Of a stretch of 40,823 nucleotides of DNA, positions 33,523-40,823 are shown piece after piece; the stretch's first letter is position 1, and each line of letters starts with the position of its first letter. The notes beneath the pieces are model-generated. The model saw only the letters and a program-made list of their open reading frames with translations. It had not been told where the DNA came from and searched no databases. The position numbers were made by a program, and so were the translations under genes. Source of the DNA: Clostridiales bacterium (GTDB lineage: Bacteria > Bacillota > Clostridia > Tissierellales > Dethiosulfatibacteraceae); contig DPPH01000052.1 of assembly GCA_003539375.1 (NCBI GenBank), forward strand, positions 10,743-51,565, read 5' to 3'.

Positions 33523-35731
33523 ATGTGTTGAATATGATTAAAGCAAGAAGAACAACAACCATTACAATACCTACTAGATAAATTGAATAAGTTATACTAT
33601 TCATCTTGTACTTAGTTTCATCAAAATCTTTCTTTATAGTAGTAATTTTTTCACTATCTTTGATTTTATTGACTGTTTTTTCTTTAATATGAATGTTTTT
33701 CCCGGATTCTACAGTGTGTTTAATATTTGATTTAAAATTTTCTTTCGCATTTAATTCATAATCTTTTATTTTGCCTTCTAATTCAGAGAGGTTAATTTTC
33801 ATATGAGGTTTATTATAAGATTCTTTTATTTTATCTTTTAACTTGTGTTCTTTCTTAGTTTTCTTGCTTTTCCTATCTTTAAATTTAATATAAAAACTAT
33901 AAATCATAGAATTTAATTTATCCATAGGATTAGGATATGTTTGAAATTCAATATTCGCAGCAAATCTTAATGAATAAGATATATAGGCTGCGATTTTTAA
34001 GAGCAGAGTATCAAAAATTCTAAGAATAAATGTTGATACTAAAAACATGAACTTGAAAACAGGGTTGTATATATTTTCTTCAATAGATATCCAGTTTCTT
34101 GTTTTGTCAAAATAATCCATATGGCCATTTTTTTCTTGTCTAAGGTTAGGAAGGACATATTTCAAATATATAATTATACCTAATCCTATAGTTAGAAAAG
34201 AAGAAAACATGTTTTTAAGAGAATAAAACTGTATAGTATGAACACTATGCAAATCTATGCTGAAAATATTATATAGGCTAAAGAAATATCTTTCGAAAAT
34301 ATTTGGATTAATTCCGATGTAAATTATAATAATAGATGAAATAACCATAGGAAATAAGGCTCTTTTATTAATATACTTTCTATAAGAAGCATAATACTTG
34401 CTGTTGTCTTCTACAAATAAACTGATGTAAAGTTTCAATAAATATGCAGTAGTAATTGAGCTTCCAAGGGTAAAAAGTATTTCAACTGTAATCCTAATTG
34501 GTGATGAAAAATCATGAAGATATTCCGTTAGACTGTGGTGTATTAATGTTTTGCTTAGATATCCGTTGAAACCGGGCAATCCTATAATAGCACAGAATCC
34601 TATAAAAAAAGTTATTTTTAAGATTGGTTTAAACCTACCAAATCCGTATAGTTTGTTTATGTTTAACTCATGGGTAATCATGTAAATTATACCCACACCC
34701 ATAAATAGCATAACTTTAAAAACAGCATGGTTAAAAATATGAAACATAGTCCCGTAAACAGCCAGATATCCATGGTCTTTCATTAAACCCATGAGACCGA
34801 TCCCTAGAATAATATATCCTATTTGACTCATGGTGCTGTATGCTAAAGTTCTTTTTATATTTACTGGGAAAAGAGCCAATATTCCTCCTGTAAAGATATT
34901 AATAAAACCAAATATTACCATACCTAATGAAAGATAAAAATCCTTATCCATTAAGAATATAACAGTTAACATAACACCAAAGATTCCGGTTTTTACAAGT
35001 ATACCGGAAAGTATAGCACTTGCAGGAGTAGGTGCTGCAGGATGAGCCTTAGGAAGCCATATATGTAGAGGAACTATACCGGCTTTTATTCCAAAACCTA
35101 TTATTAAAAGTGAACTAATTACATATTTTATAGGACCAATTCTTGGTAAAACTAGATATAACTCTGAAACATTTAGAACCTGGGTGTAAGAATACATGAT
35201 AAATATACCCATAAGTAAAATCATTCCTCCTGCTACTGCCATATTCATGTAAGTTTCTCCAGCTTCATGAGCTTCGTCGTCCTCATCATGAATTATAAGA
35301 GGATATGAGGAAAAAGACATAATTTCAAAAAATGTAAATAGATTAATAATATTTTCTGAAATAAATATTCCTAAGGTACTTATGTAAGTAACCATAAAGA
35401 AAAAGTGATATCTATTTCTATGTATGTAATTGAACAAATACTGACTTGAGTATATATTTACAATAAACCAAATAAAACTAGTGATTAAAACAAAAATGTA
35501 CCTAAATGAGTTCAATTTTAAATTAAGTCCCGTTCCCATTACATAGGTTACTTGAAAATTTAAAGTACCCTCCTTTATATATTTGTACATATAAAGGATA
35601 ACAAGAAAATTTACCAAGGTTGTTAGTATATTTATTATATTTCTATATAATTCATTTCTTTTACCAACAAAATACGAAATAGACGTTGTAATTGTTGGAA
35701 ATAAAAGTATGAATAGTAGTAGTCTGTCCAT
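33521..35731 (-). CDS. Antiporter-like (NuoL/M/N - MrpA/D family) proton-conducting membrane subunit with extra TM helices, a Lys-rich tail of about 100 aa and a terminal TM anchor
   Basis: 736 aa polytopic protein. Family signature HIWLPKAHPAAPTPASAILSGILVKTG. C-terminus KFKDRKSKKTKKEHKLKDK...DFDETKYKMNSITYSIYLVGIVMVVVLLALIIFNT. Confidence 0.8.
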   Translation of the reverse strand: MDRLLLFILLFPTITTSISYFVGKRNELYRNIINILTTLVNFLVILYMYKYIKEGTLNFQVTYVMGTGLNLKLNSFRYIFVLITSFIWFIVNIYSSQYLFNYIHRNRYHFFFMVTYISTLGIFISENIINLFTFFEIMSFSSYPLIIHDEDDEAHEAGETYMNMAVAGGMILLMGIFIMYSYTQVLNVSELYLVLPRIGPIKYVISSLLIIGFGIKAGIVPLHIWLPKAHPAAPTPASAILSGILVKTGIFGVMLTVIFLMDKDFYLSLGMVIFGFINIFTGGILALFPVNIKRTLAYSTMSQIGYIILGIGLMGLMKDHGYLAVYGTMFHIFNHAVFKVMLFMGVGIIYMITHELNINKLYGFGRFKPILKITFFIGFCAIIGLPGFNGYLSKTLIHHSLTEYLHDFSSPIRITVEILFTLGSSITTAYLLKLYISLFVEDNSKYYASYRKYINKRALFPMVISSIIIIYIGINPNIFERYFFSLYNIFSIDLHSVHTIQFYSLKNMFSSFLTIGLGIIIYLKYVLPNLRQEKNGHMDYFDKTRNWISIEENIYNPVFKFMFLVSTFILRIFDTLLLKIAAYISYSLRFAANIEFQTYPNPMDKLNSMIYSFYIKFKDRKSKKTKKEHKLKDKIKESYNKPHMKINLSELEGKIKDYELNAKENFKSNIKHTVESGKNIHIKEKTVNKIKDSEKITTIKKDFDETKYKMNSITYSIYLVGIVMVVVLLALIIFNT

Positions 35732-35749
35732 ATTAACGCATTCCTTTTT

Positions 35750-37198
35750 TTAAAATAATTTATTTGCGGTTGCTTGGATTGTATTTATAAGCCAGTTAGG
35801 GAAAAATCCCAAAATTATATTTATCGCTGCTAGCAAAATAATAGGGACTAGCATAAAATTTTTAGGTTCTGATACTTCCACTTCTTTAGAAGGATCTCCT
35901 TTAAAAAAAGCTGTAGATATAACAGGGATTAAATAGGCAGCTGTGAAGAAAGCACTTAATAAAAGAATAATAGGAATAAGATAATTACCCTGGTCTAAAC
36001 CGCCGATAGCAAGAAACCATTTACTAACAAAGCCATTTGTAGGAGGAATTCCAATAAGGCAAAAAGATGCTACACTAAAACTAATCATAGTCTTTGGCAT
36101 TCGTTTACCAATTCCTGCTATTTCACTTAATTCTGTTTTCTTCTCATAATGCATTATAGCACCAACACAGAAAAACAGGGTTATTTTCACAGTAGCATGG
36201 AAGAGCATATGAAGAAAACCACCTACATAGGCACTATCTTCAAATATAACCAGTGCAAGCATAACATAACCTAACTGGCTAATGGTTGAGTAAGCTAGTC
36301 TTCTCTTTAGATTTTCCTGATGTATTGCTAAGAAAGAACCCATTAAAATTGTTAGAAGAACCAAAATCAAAGTATATCGATTACCTCCGGTAAAATCTAT
36401 TACCCTCCAACCTAAGACGAAATAAGTCATCCTACCCAATGCAAATATTCCGGACTTAACAACGGCTACAGCATGAAGTAAAGCGCTAACAGGAGTTGGA
36501 GCAACCATAGCAGATGGAAGCCATGAATGAAAAGGAACCAAAGCAGCTTTAACACCAAATCCTAAGAATAATAGTAAATAAACCATTAGATATAAATTCT
36601 TATTATCATAAACTAAAATTCCAACAACTCCACCCGGGACAAAGGATAAATTTTGAGTTTGGCTAAATAATAATATAATACCAAAAAGTACCATTGTTGC
36701 TCCAAAAAAGGAATAGATTAGATATTTCTTTCCAGCTCTTAATGCTTCTTCTGATCCTTTTTCAATAACTAGAGGAAAAGTTGACAGGGTAAGTAGTTCG
36801 TAAAAAAGATATAAGGTAATAAGATTCCCAGAAAAAGCAATACCCAAGGTGACTCCTTCCGTTATAAGATAAAACATAAAAAATTTATTTAGTCCATCAC
36901 CTTTACCCATATAATCTATAGAATAAAAGGTAGTAAATATCCACAAAGCAGAAACCAAAATGGCAAAGGTTTTACCTATATTATCAGGCATTAGGTAGAG
37001 GTTTAACAGTTCGTTTATCTTTACCATATGAAAAAGAGTATTTGTCTTAAATAACACAATATAAACTACCAGAAAAAGATTTATTATGGTAGTTGATATA
37101 ACGATAGTGTTTCTTCTATTGTAAGCAGGTTTGCTTAATCCTACAATAAATCCGGAGATAATAGGTATCAGTATAGGCAGTAAAACAGCAAAATTCAT
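35750..37198 (-). CDS. Antiporter-like subunit with MrpA/NuoL-type signature (complex I subunit 5 family), no C-terminal extension
   Basis: 482 aa. HSWLPSAMVAPTPVSALLHAVAVVKSG has the AM..PTPVSALLH pattern I recall from NuoL/MrpA. RBS AAGGAG. Confidence 0.85.
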   Translation of the reverse strand: MNFAVLLPILIPIISGFIVGLSKPAYNRRNTIVISTTIINLFLVVYIVLFKTNTLFHMVKINELLNLYLMPDNIGKTFAILVSALWIFTTFYSIDYMGKGDGLNKFFMFYLITEGVTLGIAFSGNLITLYLFYELLTLSTFPLVIEKGSEEALRAGKKYLIYSFFGATMVLFGIILLFSQTQNLSFVPGGVVGILVYDNKNLYLMVYLLLFLGFGVKAALVPFHSWLPSAMVAPTPVSALLHAVAVVKSGIFALGRMTYFVLGWRVIDFTGGNRYTLILVLLTILMGSFLAIHQENLKRRLAYSTISQLGYVMLALVIFEDSAYVGGFLHMLFHATVKITLFFCVGAIMHYEKKTELSEIAGIGKRMPKTMISFSVASFCLIGIPPTNGFVSKWFLAIGGLDQGNYLIPIILLLSAFFTAAYLIPVISTAFFKGDPSKEVEVSEPKNFMLVPIILLAAINIILGFFPNWLINTIQATANKLF

Positions 37199-37211
37199 AA
37201 GAGACTCCTTA

Positions 37212-38669
37212 CTATATGTTGAATAGTTCTATTAAGTTAAATGATATTCCACCAATTATCATCATGGCTAAAACAAGTAAAACAATAGGTAAAATCCTTA
37301 TAAATTCTACTTTTTTAGAATTATAAACTTTGCCATCTAAATTATCATTTCCAAAATATCCATTGATTACTATAGGAAAATAATAGAGAACATTTAATAA
37401 GGAACTTGCTAAAATTATTAGTATTAAAGGAACTCTTCCTACTTCTATACATGTTAGTGACAGATACCATTTAGAAATAAACCCAGGTAAGATTGGAATA
37501 CCTACCATTGAAAAAGCACCTAAAGTAAATAGTCCTAAAGTCAGAGGCATTTCTCTTCCTATTCCCTTAAGATCTTCAATTTTTTTACTTCCGGTTTTTT
37601 CTATAAATAGGCCTGATATTAAAAACAGTGAAGATTTAGTCACGGCATGACCTATAATATGGTAAATAGCTATAGCTGTACCGGTTACAGTACCTAATCC
37701 TATACCAAAAACAATATATCCCATTTGAGCTACACTTGAATAAGCCACCATTCTTTTTAATTCTTTTTGCATGATAGCCATTATAGAGCCAAAAATCATT
37801 CCCATAGATCCTAATAGTAGGATAATATCCATTATTATAAAACTATTTACTATTTCATAATTAAACATTCTAAACAGCACCTTCATAAGCATGAACACGT
37901 AAACTTTAATCACAAGAGCTGAAAGAGCAGCACTAGCTGGAGTTGGAGCTGAAGAATGAGCATCTGGAAGCCAACTGTGTAGTGGAAAAACAGCACTTTT
38001 TATACCTAAACCGATAGTAAATAATCCCAGAATAATAAGAACAGCATTTTCATGATATTGATAATTCCCAACTATGGTTTCATGTATAAGAGAAATATTT
38101 AGATGACCTGTAATAGAATAAATATAGGCTATAGCCATAAGTACCAGTCCAGAACCTATGGTACTCATTATAAGGTATTTAACTGTAGCTTTAATATTTT
38201 CTTTTTTATCTTTGAGGATTATTATTCCGCAAGCTGAGAGGGTTGAAACTTCAATAAATACGTAACTATTAAAAAGATCATTAGAATAAATTACTCCCAG
38301 TAAAGAAGCTAGTAGAATATTGATTAGAACATAAAAAAATGAAATTCTATTTTCAGGAACTTCCTTTTCAAGAGCAAAGTTTGAAAACCAGAGAATCATC
38401 AACATAACAAAAGTAAAAACTAAGGTTACTACAGATTCGGATTTTCCTATATAAAACTCTATACCTAATAAGTTATTGGGATTACCTATAGATAATGTAA
38501 TAACTTCTCTAGATATACTGTAAACCATAAGAAAAATCGAAAGTAAAAATACTACTAAATTAGAGCCAATAGATATGTACTTGATTTTTTTCTTGTCTTT
38601 AAAAAGCATCATAACAAATGAAAACAATATAAGTATCAATATATTTATAATAGGAATATAATTAGTCAT
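37212..38669 (-). CDS. Antiporter-like subunit, MrpD/NuoM/N-type
   Basis: 485 aa. HSWLPDAHSSAPTPASAALSALVIKVYV. Its start overlaps the stop of the MnhC-like gene by 8 nt. Confidence 0.85.
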   Translation of the reverse strand: MTNYIPIINILILILFSFVMMLFKDKKKIKYISIGSNLVVFLLSIFLMVYSISREVITLSIGNPNNLLGIEFYIGKSESVVTLVFTFVMLMILWFSNFALEKEVPENRISFFYVLINILLASLLGVIYSNDLFNSYVFIEVSTLSACGIIILKDKKENIKATVKYLIMSTIGSGLVLMAIAYIYSITGHLNISLIHETIVGNYQYHENAVLIILGLFTIGLGIKSAVFPLHSWLPDAHSSAPTPASAALSALVIKVYVFMLMKVLFRMFNYEIVNSFIIMDIILLLGSMGMIFGSIMAIMQKELKRMVAYSSVAQMGYIVFGIGLGTVTGTAIAIYHIIGHAVTKSSLFLISGLFIEKTGSKKIEDLKGIGREMPLTLGLFTLGAFSMVGIPILPGFISKWYLSLTCIEVGRVPLILIILASSLLNVLYYFPIVINGYFGNDNLDGKVYNSKKVEFIRILPIVLLVLAMMIIGGISFNLIELFNI

Positions 38670-39033
38670 TTTGATCTCCTCTCATTTTTAGTATATCCTC
38701 TAAATCCACTGTTCCGTAATGTTGGTATAACTTTATAGTTAAAGCTAAGGCAAAAGCAGTAGTTGTAACTGCGACTACTATACCCGTAAGCATTAAAGCA
38801 CTCGGTACCGGGTTTACATAGCTATCAACTCCCTTAAACTTATCAACTATTATGGGTGCATCTTTTCCAAATATATAGCCTTTTGCTATAAAAAAAAGAA
38901 AAACAGCAGTATCCATAATATTTAGACCTATAATTTTTTTTATGAGATTTCTATGGAGCATCAAAGTAGCAAAGCCAATACCAAAAAGTATTACAGCTCC
39001 AGTTTCATAATAATTAGTTATAAAAACATCCAT
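38662..39033 (-). CDS. Cation:proton antiporter subunit C (MnhC/MrpC, NuoK-like)
   Basis: ORF 38662-39045 (GTG) trimmed to ATG 39033 (MDVFITNYYETGAVILFGIGF...), preceded by GTGAGGTG. Three-helix small subunit with the typical NIMDTAVFLFFIA segment. Confidence 0.8.
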   Translation of the reverse strand: MDVFITNYYETGAVILFGIGFATLMLHRNLIKKIIGLNIMDTAVFLFFIAKGYIFGKDAPIIVDKFKGVDSYVNPVPSALMLTGIVVAVTTTAFALALTIKLYQHYGTVDLEDILKMRGDQND

Positions 39034-39034
39034 G

Positions 39035-39451
39035 TTACACCTCACTATTTATAAATATAGTAAATATAATATAAAAAACAGATGCTACTAAAAAACCAAC
39101 GGCAATATTTAAAGGTAATATAAATCCTGCGCTTAAAATTCTTCCTGTAACTCCTGCACTAGGGTGAGGTAGATGTAGTTGATAAGATAAAAAACTATAT
39201 CCTTTAATTAATGTATAAAAGATTAGTGAAATACTTAATGATGTTATAAGTCTTTTTCTAGAATAGATTTTCATTATAAAATCTTTTCCGTAAATCAAAT
39301 GCATAATTATTAAAGATGTACCTAAAATAGTACCGCCTGAAAATCCACCACCAGGAGAAAGATGTCCGTTTATAATAACATATAATCCGAAAAGCTGAAT
39401 AAGAGGGATTAAGATTTTTCCTACTTCTTTTAATATAATATCTCTTTCCAT
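39035..39451 (-). CDS. MnhB/MrpB-domain subunit (MbhF-like)
   Basis: 138 aa. INGHLSPGGGFSGGTILG matches the GHxxPGGGFxGG MnhB motif. RBS AGGAG. Confidence 0.8.
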   Translation of the reverse strand: MERDIILKEVGKILIPLIQLFGLYVIINGHLSPGGGFSGGTILGTSLIIMHLIYGKDFIMKIYSRKRLITSLSISLIFYTLIKGYSFLSYQLHLPHPSAGVTGRILSAGFILPLNIAVGFLVASVFYIIFTIFINSEV

Positions 39452-39460
39452 TTATGACTC

Positions 39461-39736
39461 CTAACTTTTAAACAATAATAAAACAACGGTTGCACCGCTA
39501 AATAATACTGTAGCTTCTAATAGGGTATCCAAAGCTCTATAATCTAATATTATACCGGTTATAATATTAAGAGATCCTGTTTCCTGAGTAGTTTGAGATA
39601 AATAAGTTTTACTTAAAATATTATTGCTAGGATTTTCTTCTCCACCAAAATCAGGAAGATCTTTAACACCTATTAATAAAATTACAATAAGAATAATAGT
39701 AATTAAAACAGCACTAACTTTTCTCATCATTACCAC
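39461..39736 (-). CDS. Small membrane subunit, MbhE-like / N-terminal MnhB-related
   Basis: 91 aa (GTG 39736, or ATG 39730/39727). NIITGIILDYRALDTLLEATVLF resembles the xVTAILxDYRGxDTLGE motif of MrpB/MbhE-type subunits. Confidence 0.6.
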   Translation of the reverse strand: MVMMRKVSAVLITIILIVILLIGVKDLPDFGGEENPSNNILSKTYLSQTTQETGSLNIITGIILDYRALDTLLEATVLFSGATVVLLLFKS

Positions 39737-39962
39737 CGGATACCTTTCTTACGGTTAAAACAAAAAGTATTGTAGTTATACCAGCACCAACAGCAGCTTC
39801 AGTAATTGCTAAATCTGGAGCATTTAACTGCTGCCAGAGTATTGCCATTAATAAACTGTAAACCATAAAAACTACTACACTAGCAAGAAGGTTTTTAATA
39901 AGAGAAACGGAAATCGAAAATACAATCATAAAAATAATTATAATAATACTAAAAGTCTCCAT
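39714..39962 (-). CDS. DUF4040 / MbhD-like subunit (corresponds to the C-terminal part of MrpA)
   Basis: ORF 39714-40001 trimmed to ATG 39962 (METFSIIIIIFMIV...), preceded by GAAAGGAAG. The APDLAITEAAVGAGITT motif is typical of DUF4040. Confidence 0.7.
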   Translation of the reverse strand: METFSIIIIIFMIVFSISVSLIKNLLASVVVFMVYSLLMAILWQQLNAPDLAITEAAVGAGITTILFVLTVRKVSGGNDEKS

Positions 39963-40248
39963 TTTTAGAATCTTCCTTTCTCTCGTAATTTCCCCTTGCA
40001 ATGATGTGGGTTGCAGTAGGAGTAGTTATAAATAAAAAAATAATTATAAGTACAATTTTTAAGGTAACCATATTTAAACCATTATAGATACAGAAGGATA
40101 TCAAGGTTAGAAAAGCTCCTAAAGTATCGCATTTTGCAGAACTGTGAGCCCTAGTATAAAGATCAGGAAATCTTAATATGCCCAAGGTTCCAACTGCGAA
40201 AAAAAATAAACCACCTATTAAAAAAATAAAGAAAAATATAGATTTCAT
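39949..40248 (-). CDS. Monovalent cation/H+ antiporter subunit G (MnhG/MrpG, MbhC-like)
   Basis: 99 aa. GTLGILRFPDLYTRAHSSAKCDTLGA matches the G-x-RxPDxxxRxHaxxKxxTxG MnhG signature. Confidence 0.85.
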   Translation of the reverse strand: MKSIFFFIFLIGGLFFFAVGTLGILRFPDLYTRAHSSAKCDTLGAFLTLISFCIYNGLNMVTLKIVLIIIFLFITTPTATHIIARGNYERKEDSKNGDF

Positions 40249-40249
40249 A

Positions 40250-40504
40250 TTAGGACTCCTTGATAACTTTTGATATAAGAATTGATGCAGTAAAACTAAT
40301 TAAAGCATATACTAATGCCACATCAATAAAATAGGTTTCATGATAGATGAAAGATACGCCAATAATTATTGTTATTACCTTTGTATTAACAACATTTATT
40401 GCAATAATCCTATCAGCTATAGTAGGTCCTTTTATTGCTCTGTACATACATAAAAAAATTGTAAATGATAAAAAAATTAAAGAAAAATTTAATAGACTAA
40501 TCAT
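40250..40504 (-). CDS. Monovalent cation/H+ antiporter subunit F (MnhF/MrpF, MbhB-like)
   Basis: 84 aa. YRAIKGPTIADRIIAINVV matches the GPtxxDRxxAxD MrpF motif. Confidence 0.85.
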   Translation of the reverse strand: MISLLNFSLIFLSFTIFLCMYRAIKGPTIADRIIAINVVNTKVITIIIGVSFIYHETYFIDVALVYALISFTASILISKVIKES

Positions 40505-40823
40505 AATATCTTTCCTCTATTGTCAGCAGTATTTTTTCGAATTTTGAATTCAATATTCCAGACTCGAACTCTTTTTTTAAGCAGTGTACCTTAAGGAGAT
40601 TGTTATCTAAGCTTACTGTTAAAGTTCCAGGAGTCAAAGTTATAGAATTAGCAAAAACCATCCTGTGAAAATCAGATTTTAATTTAGTGTGATATTGTAT
40701 TATTTCAGAATCTAGATTTGGATTAGGATTTAAAATTATTAGGGCTACGTGAATGTTTGCTTTTACAATTTCTATTAATAAAACAAACAAATATTCAAAA
40801 AATAAAATAAAATAACCAAGCTT
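40497..40823 (-). CDS. Monovalent cation/H+ antiporter subunit E (MnhE/MrpE, MbhA-like), 5'-truncated by the window edge
   Basis: The track ORF starts at TTG 40790, but the frame stays open to position 40823 (...KLGYFILFFEYLFVLLIEIV...). ANSITLTPGTLTV is a typical MnhE block. The stop overlaps the MnhF start by 8 nt. Confidence 0.7.
   Translation of the reverse strand, partial: KLGYFILFFEYLFVLLIEIVKANIHVALIILNPNPNLDSEIIQYHTKLKSDFHRMVFANSITLTPGTLTVSLDNNLLKVHCLKKEFESGILNSKFEKILLTIEERYYD

Noticed and set aside
1-40823. Selenoprotein genes / SECIS elements (prompted by selU), CRISPR arrays, tRNA/rRNA genes, IS or transposon ends, integrases, toxin-antitoxin or phage-defence genes
   Set aside because: No gene is interrupted by an in-frame TGA that would join two adjacent ORFs. 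Intergenic spacers are short and accounted for by promoters and terminators. No spaced direct repeats, no tRNA-like T-arm sequences, and no recombinase or transposase translations in any frame of the track.

Overview
Low-GC Firmicutes (Clostridia/Tissierellia-like) chromosomal window, almost fully coding and mostly housekeeping. I recognised no rRNA, tRNA, CRISPR array or mobile element. Five blocks, left to right. (1) 1-5.9 kb: a sulfur/selenium-trafficking neighbourhood. It holds the 3' end of a YeeE/YedE transporter gene, a divergent GT-C membrane glycosyltransferase, two exported rhodanese lipoproteins (one carries four rhodanese domains from an internal ~0.83 kb tandem duplication) and tRNA 2-selenouridine synthase. 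(2) 5.9-7.9 kb: the uncharacterised radical-SAM/HhH + DUF4130 'DNA modification/repair' gene pair, preceded by a near-consensus sigma-A promoter directly abutted by a perfect GAAC-N4-GTTC LexA (Cheo) box. (3) 8-21 kb: pyruvate carboxylase, an orphan mtnA-like isomerase, then a histidine-utilisation operon hutU-ftcD-hutI-cyclodeaminase-hutP-[UAG-repeat site + terminator]-hutH. A small membrane protein and an Ldh_2 oxidoreductase follow it. (4) 21-33.5 kb: murC on the minus strand, then the conserved Firmicutes purR-spoVG-glmU-prs-pth-mfd-prsA block and a beta-CASP MBL nuclease. (5) 33.5-40.8 kb, minus strand: a ten-gene Mrp-type cluster in the Mbh membrane-arm order (E-F-G-MbhD-like-MbhE-like-B-C) followed by three antiporter-like subunits and no hydrogenase or Nuo peripheral genes in the window. 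The last subunit carries a long Lys-rich tail ending in a single TM helix. The candidates most worth follow-up are the SOS-boxed radical-SAM/DUF4130 pair, the surface poly-rhodanese/YeeE/SelU neighbourhood, the stand-alone Mrp/Mbh-like module, and the HutP riboregulatory site placed only in front of hutH. All assignments come from reading the translations and the DNA by eye; no database search was run.
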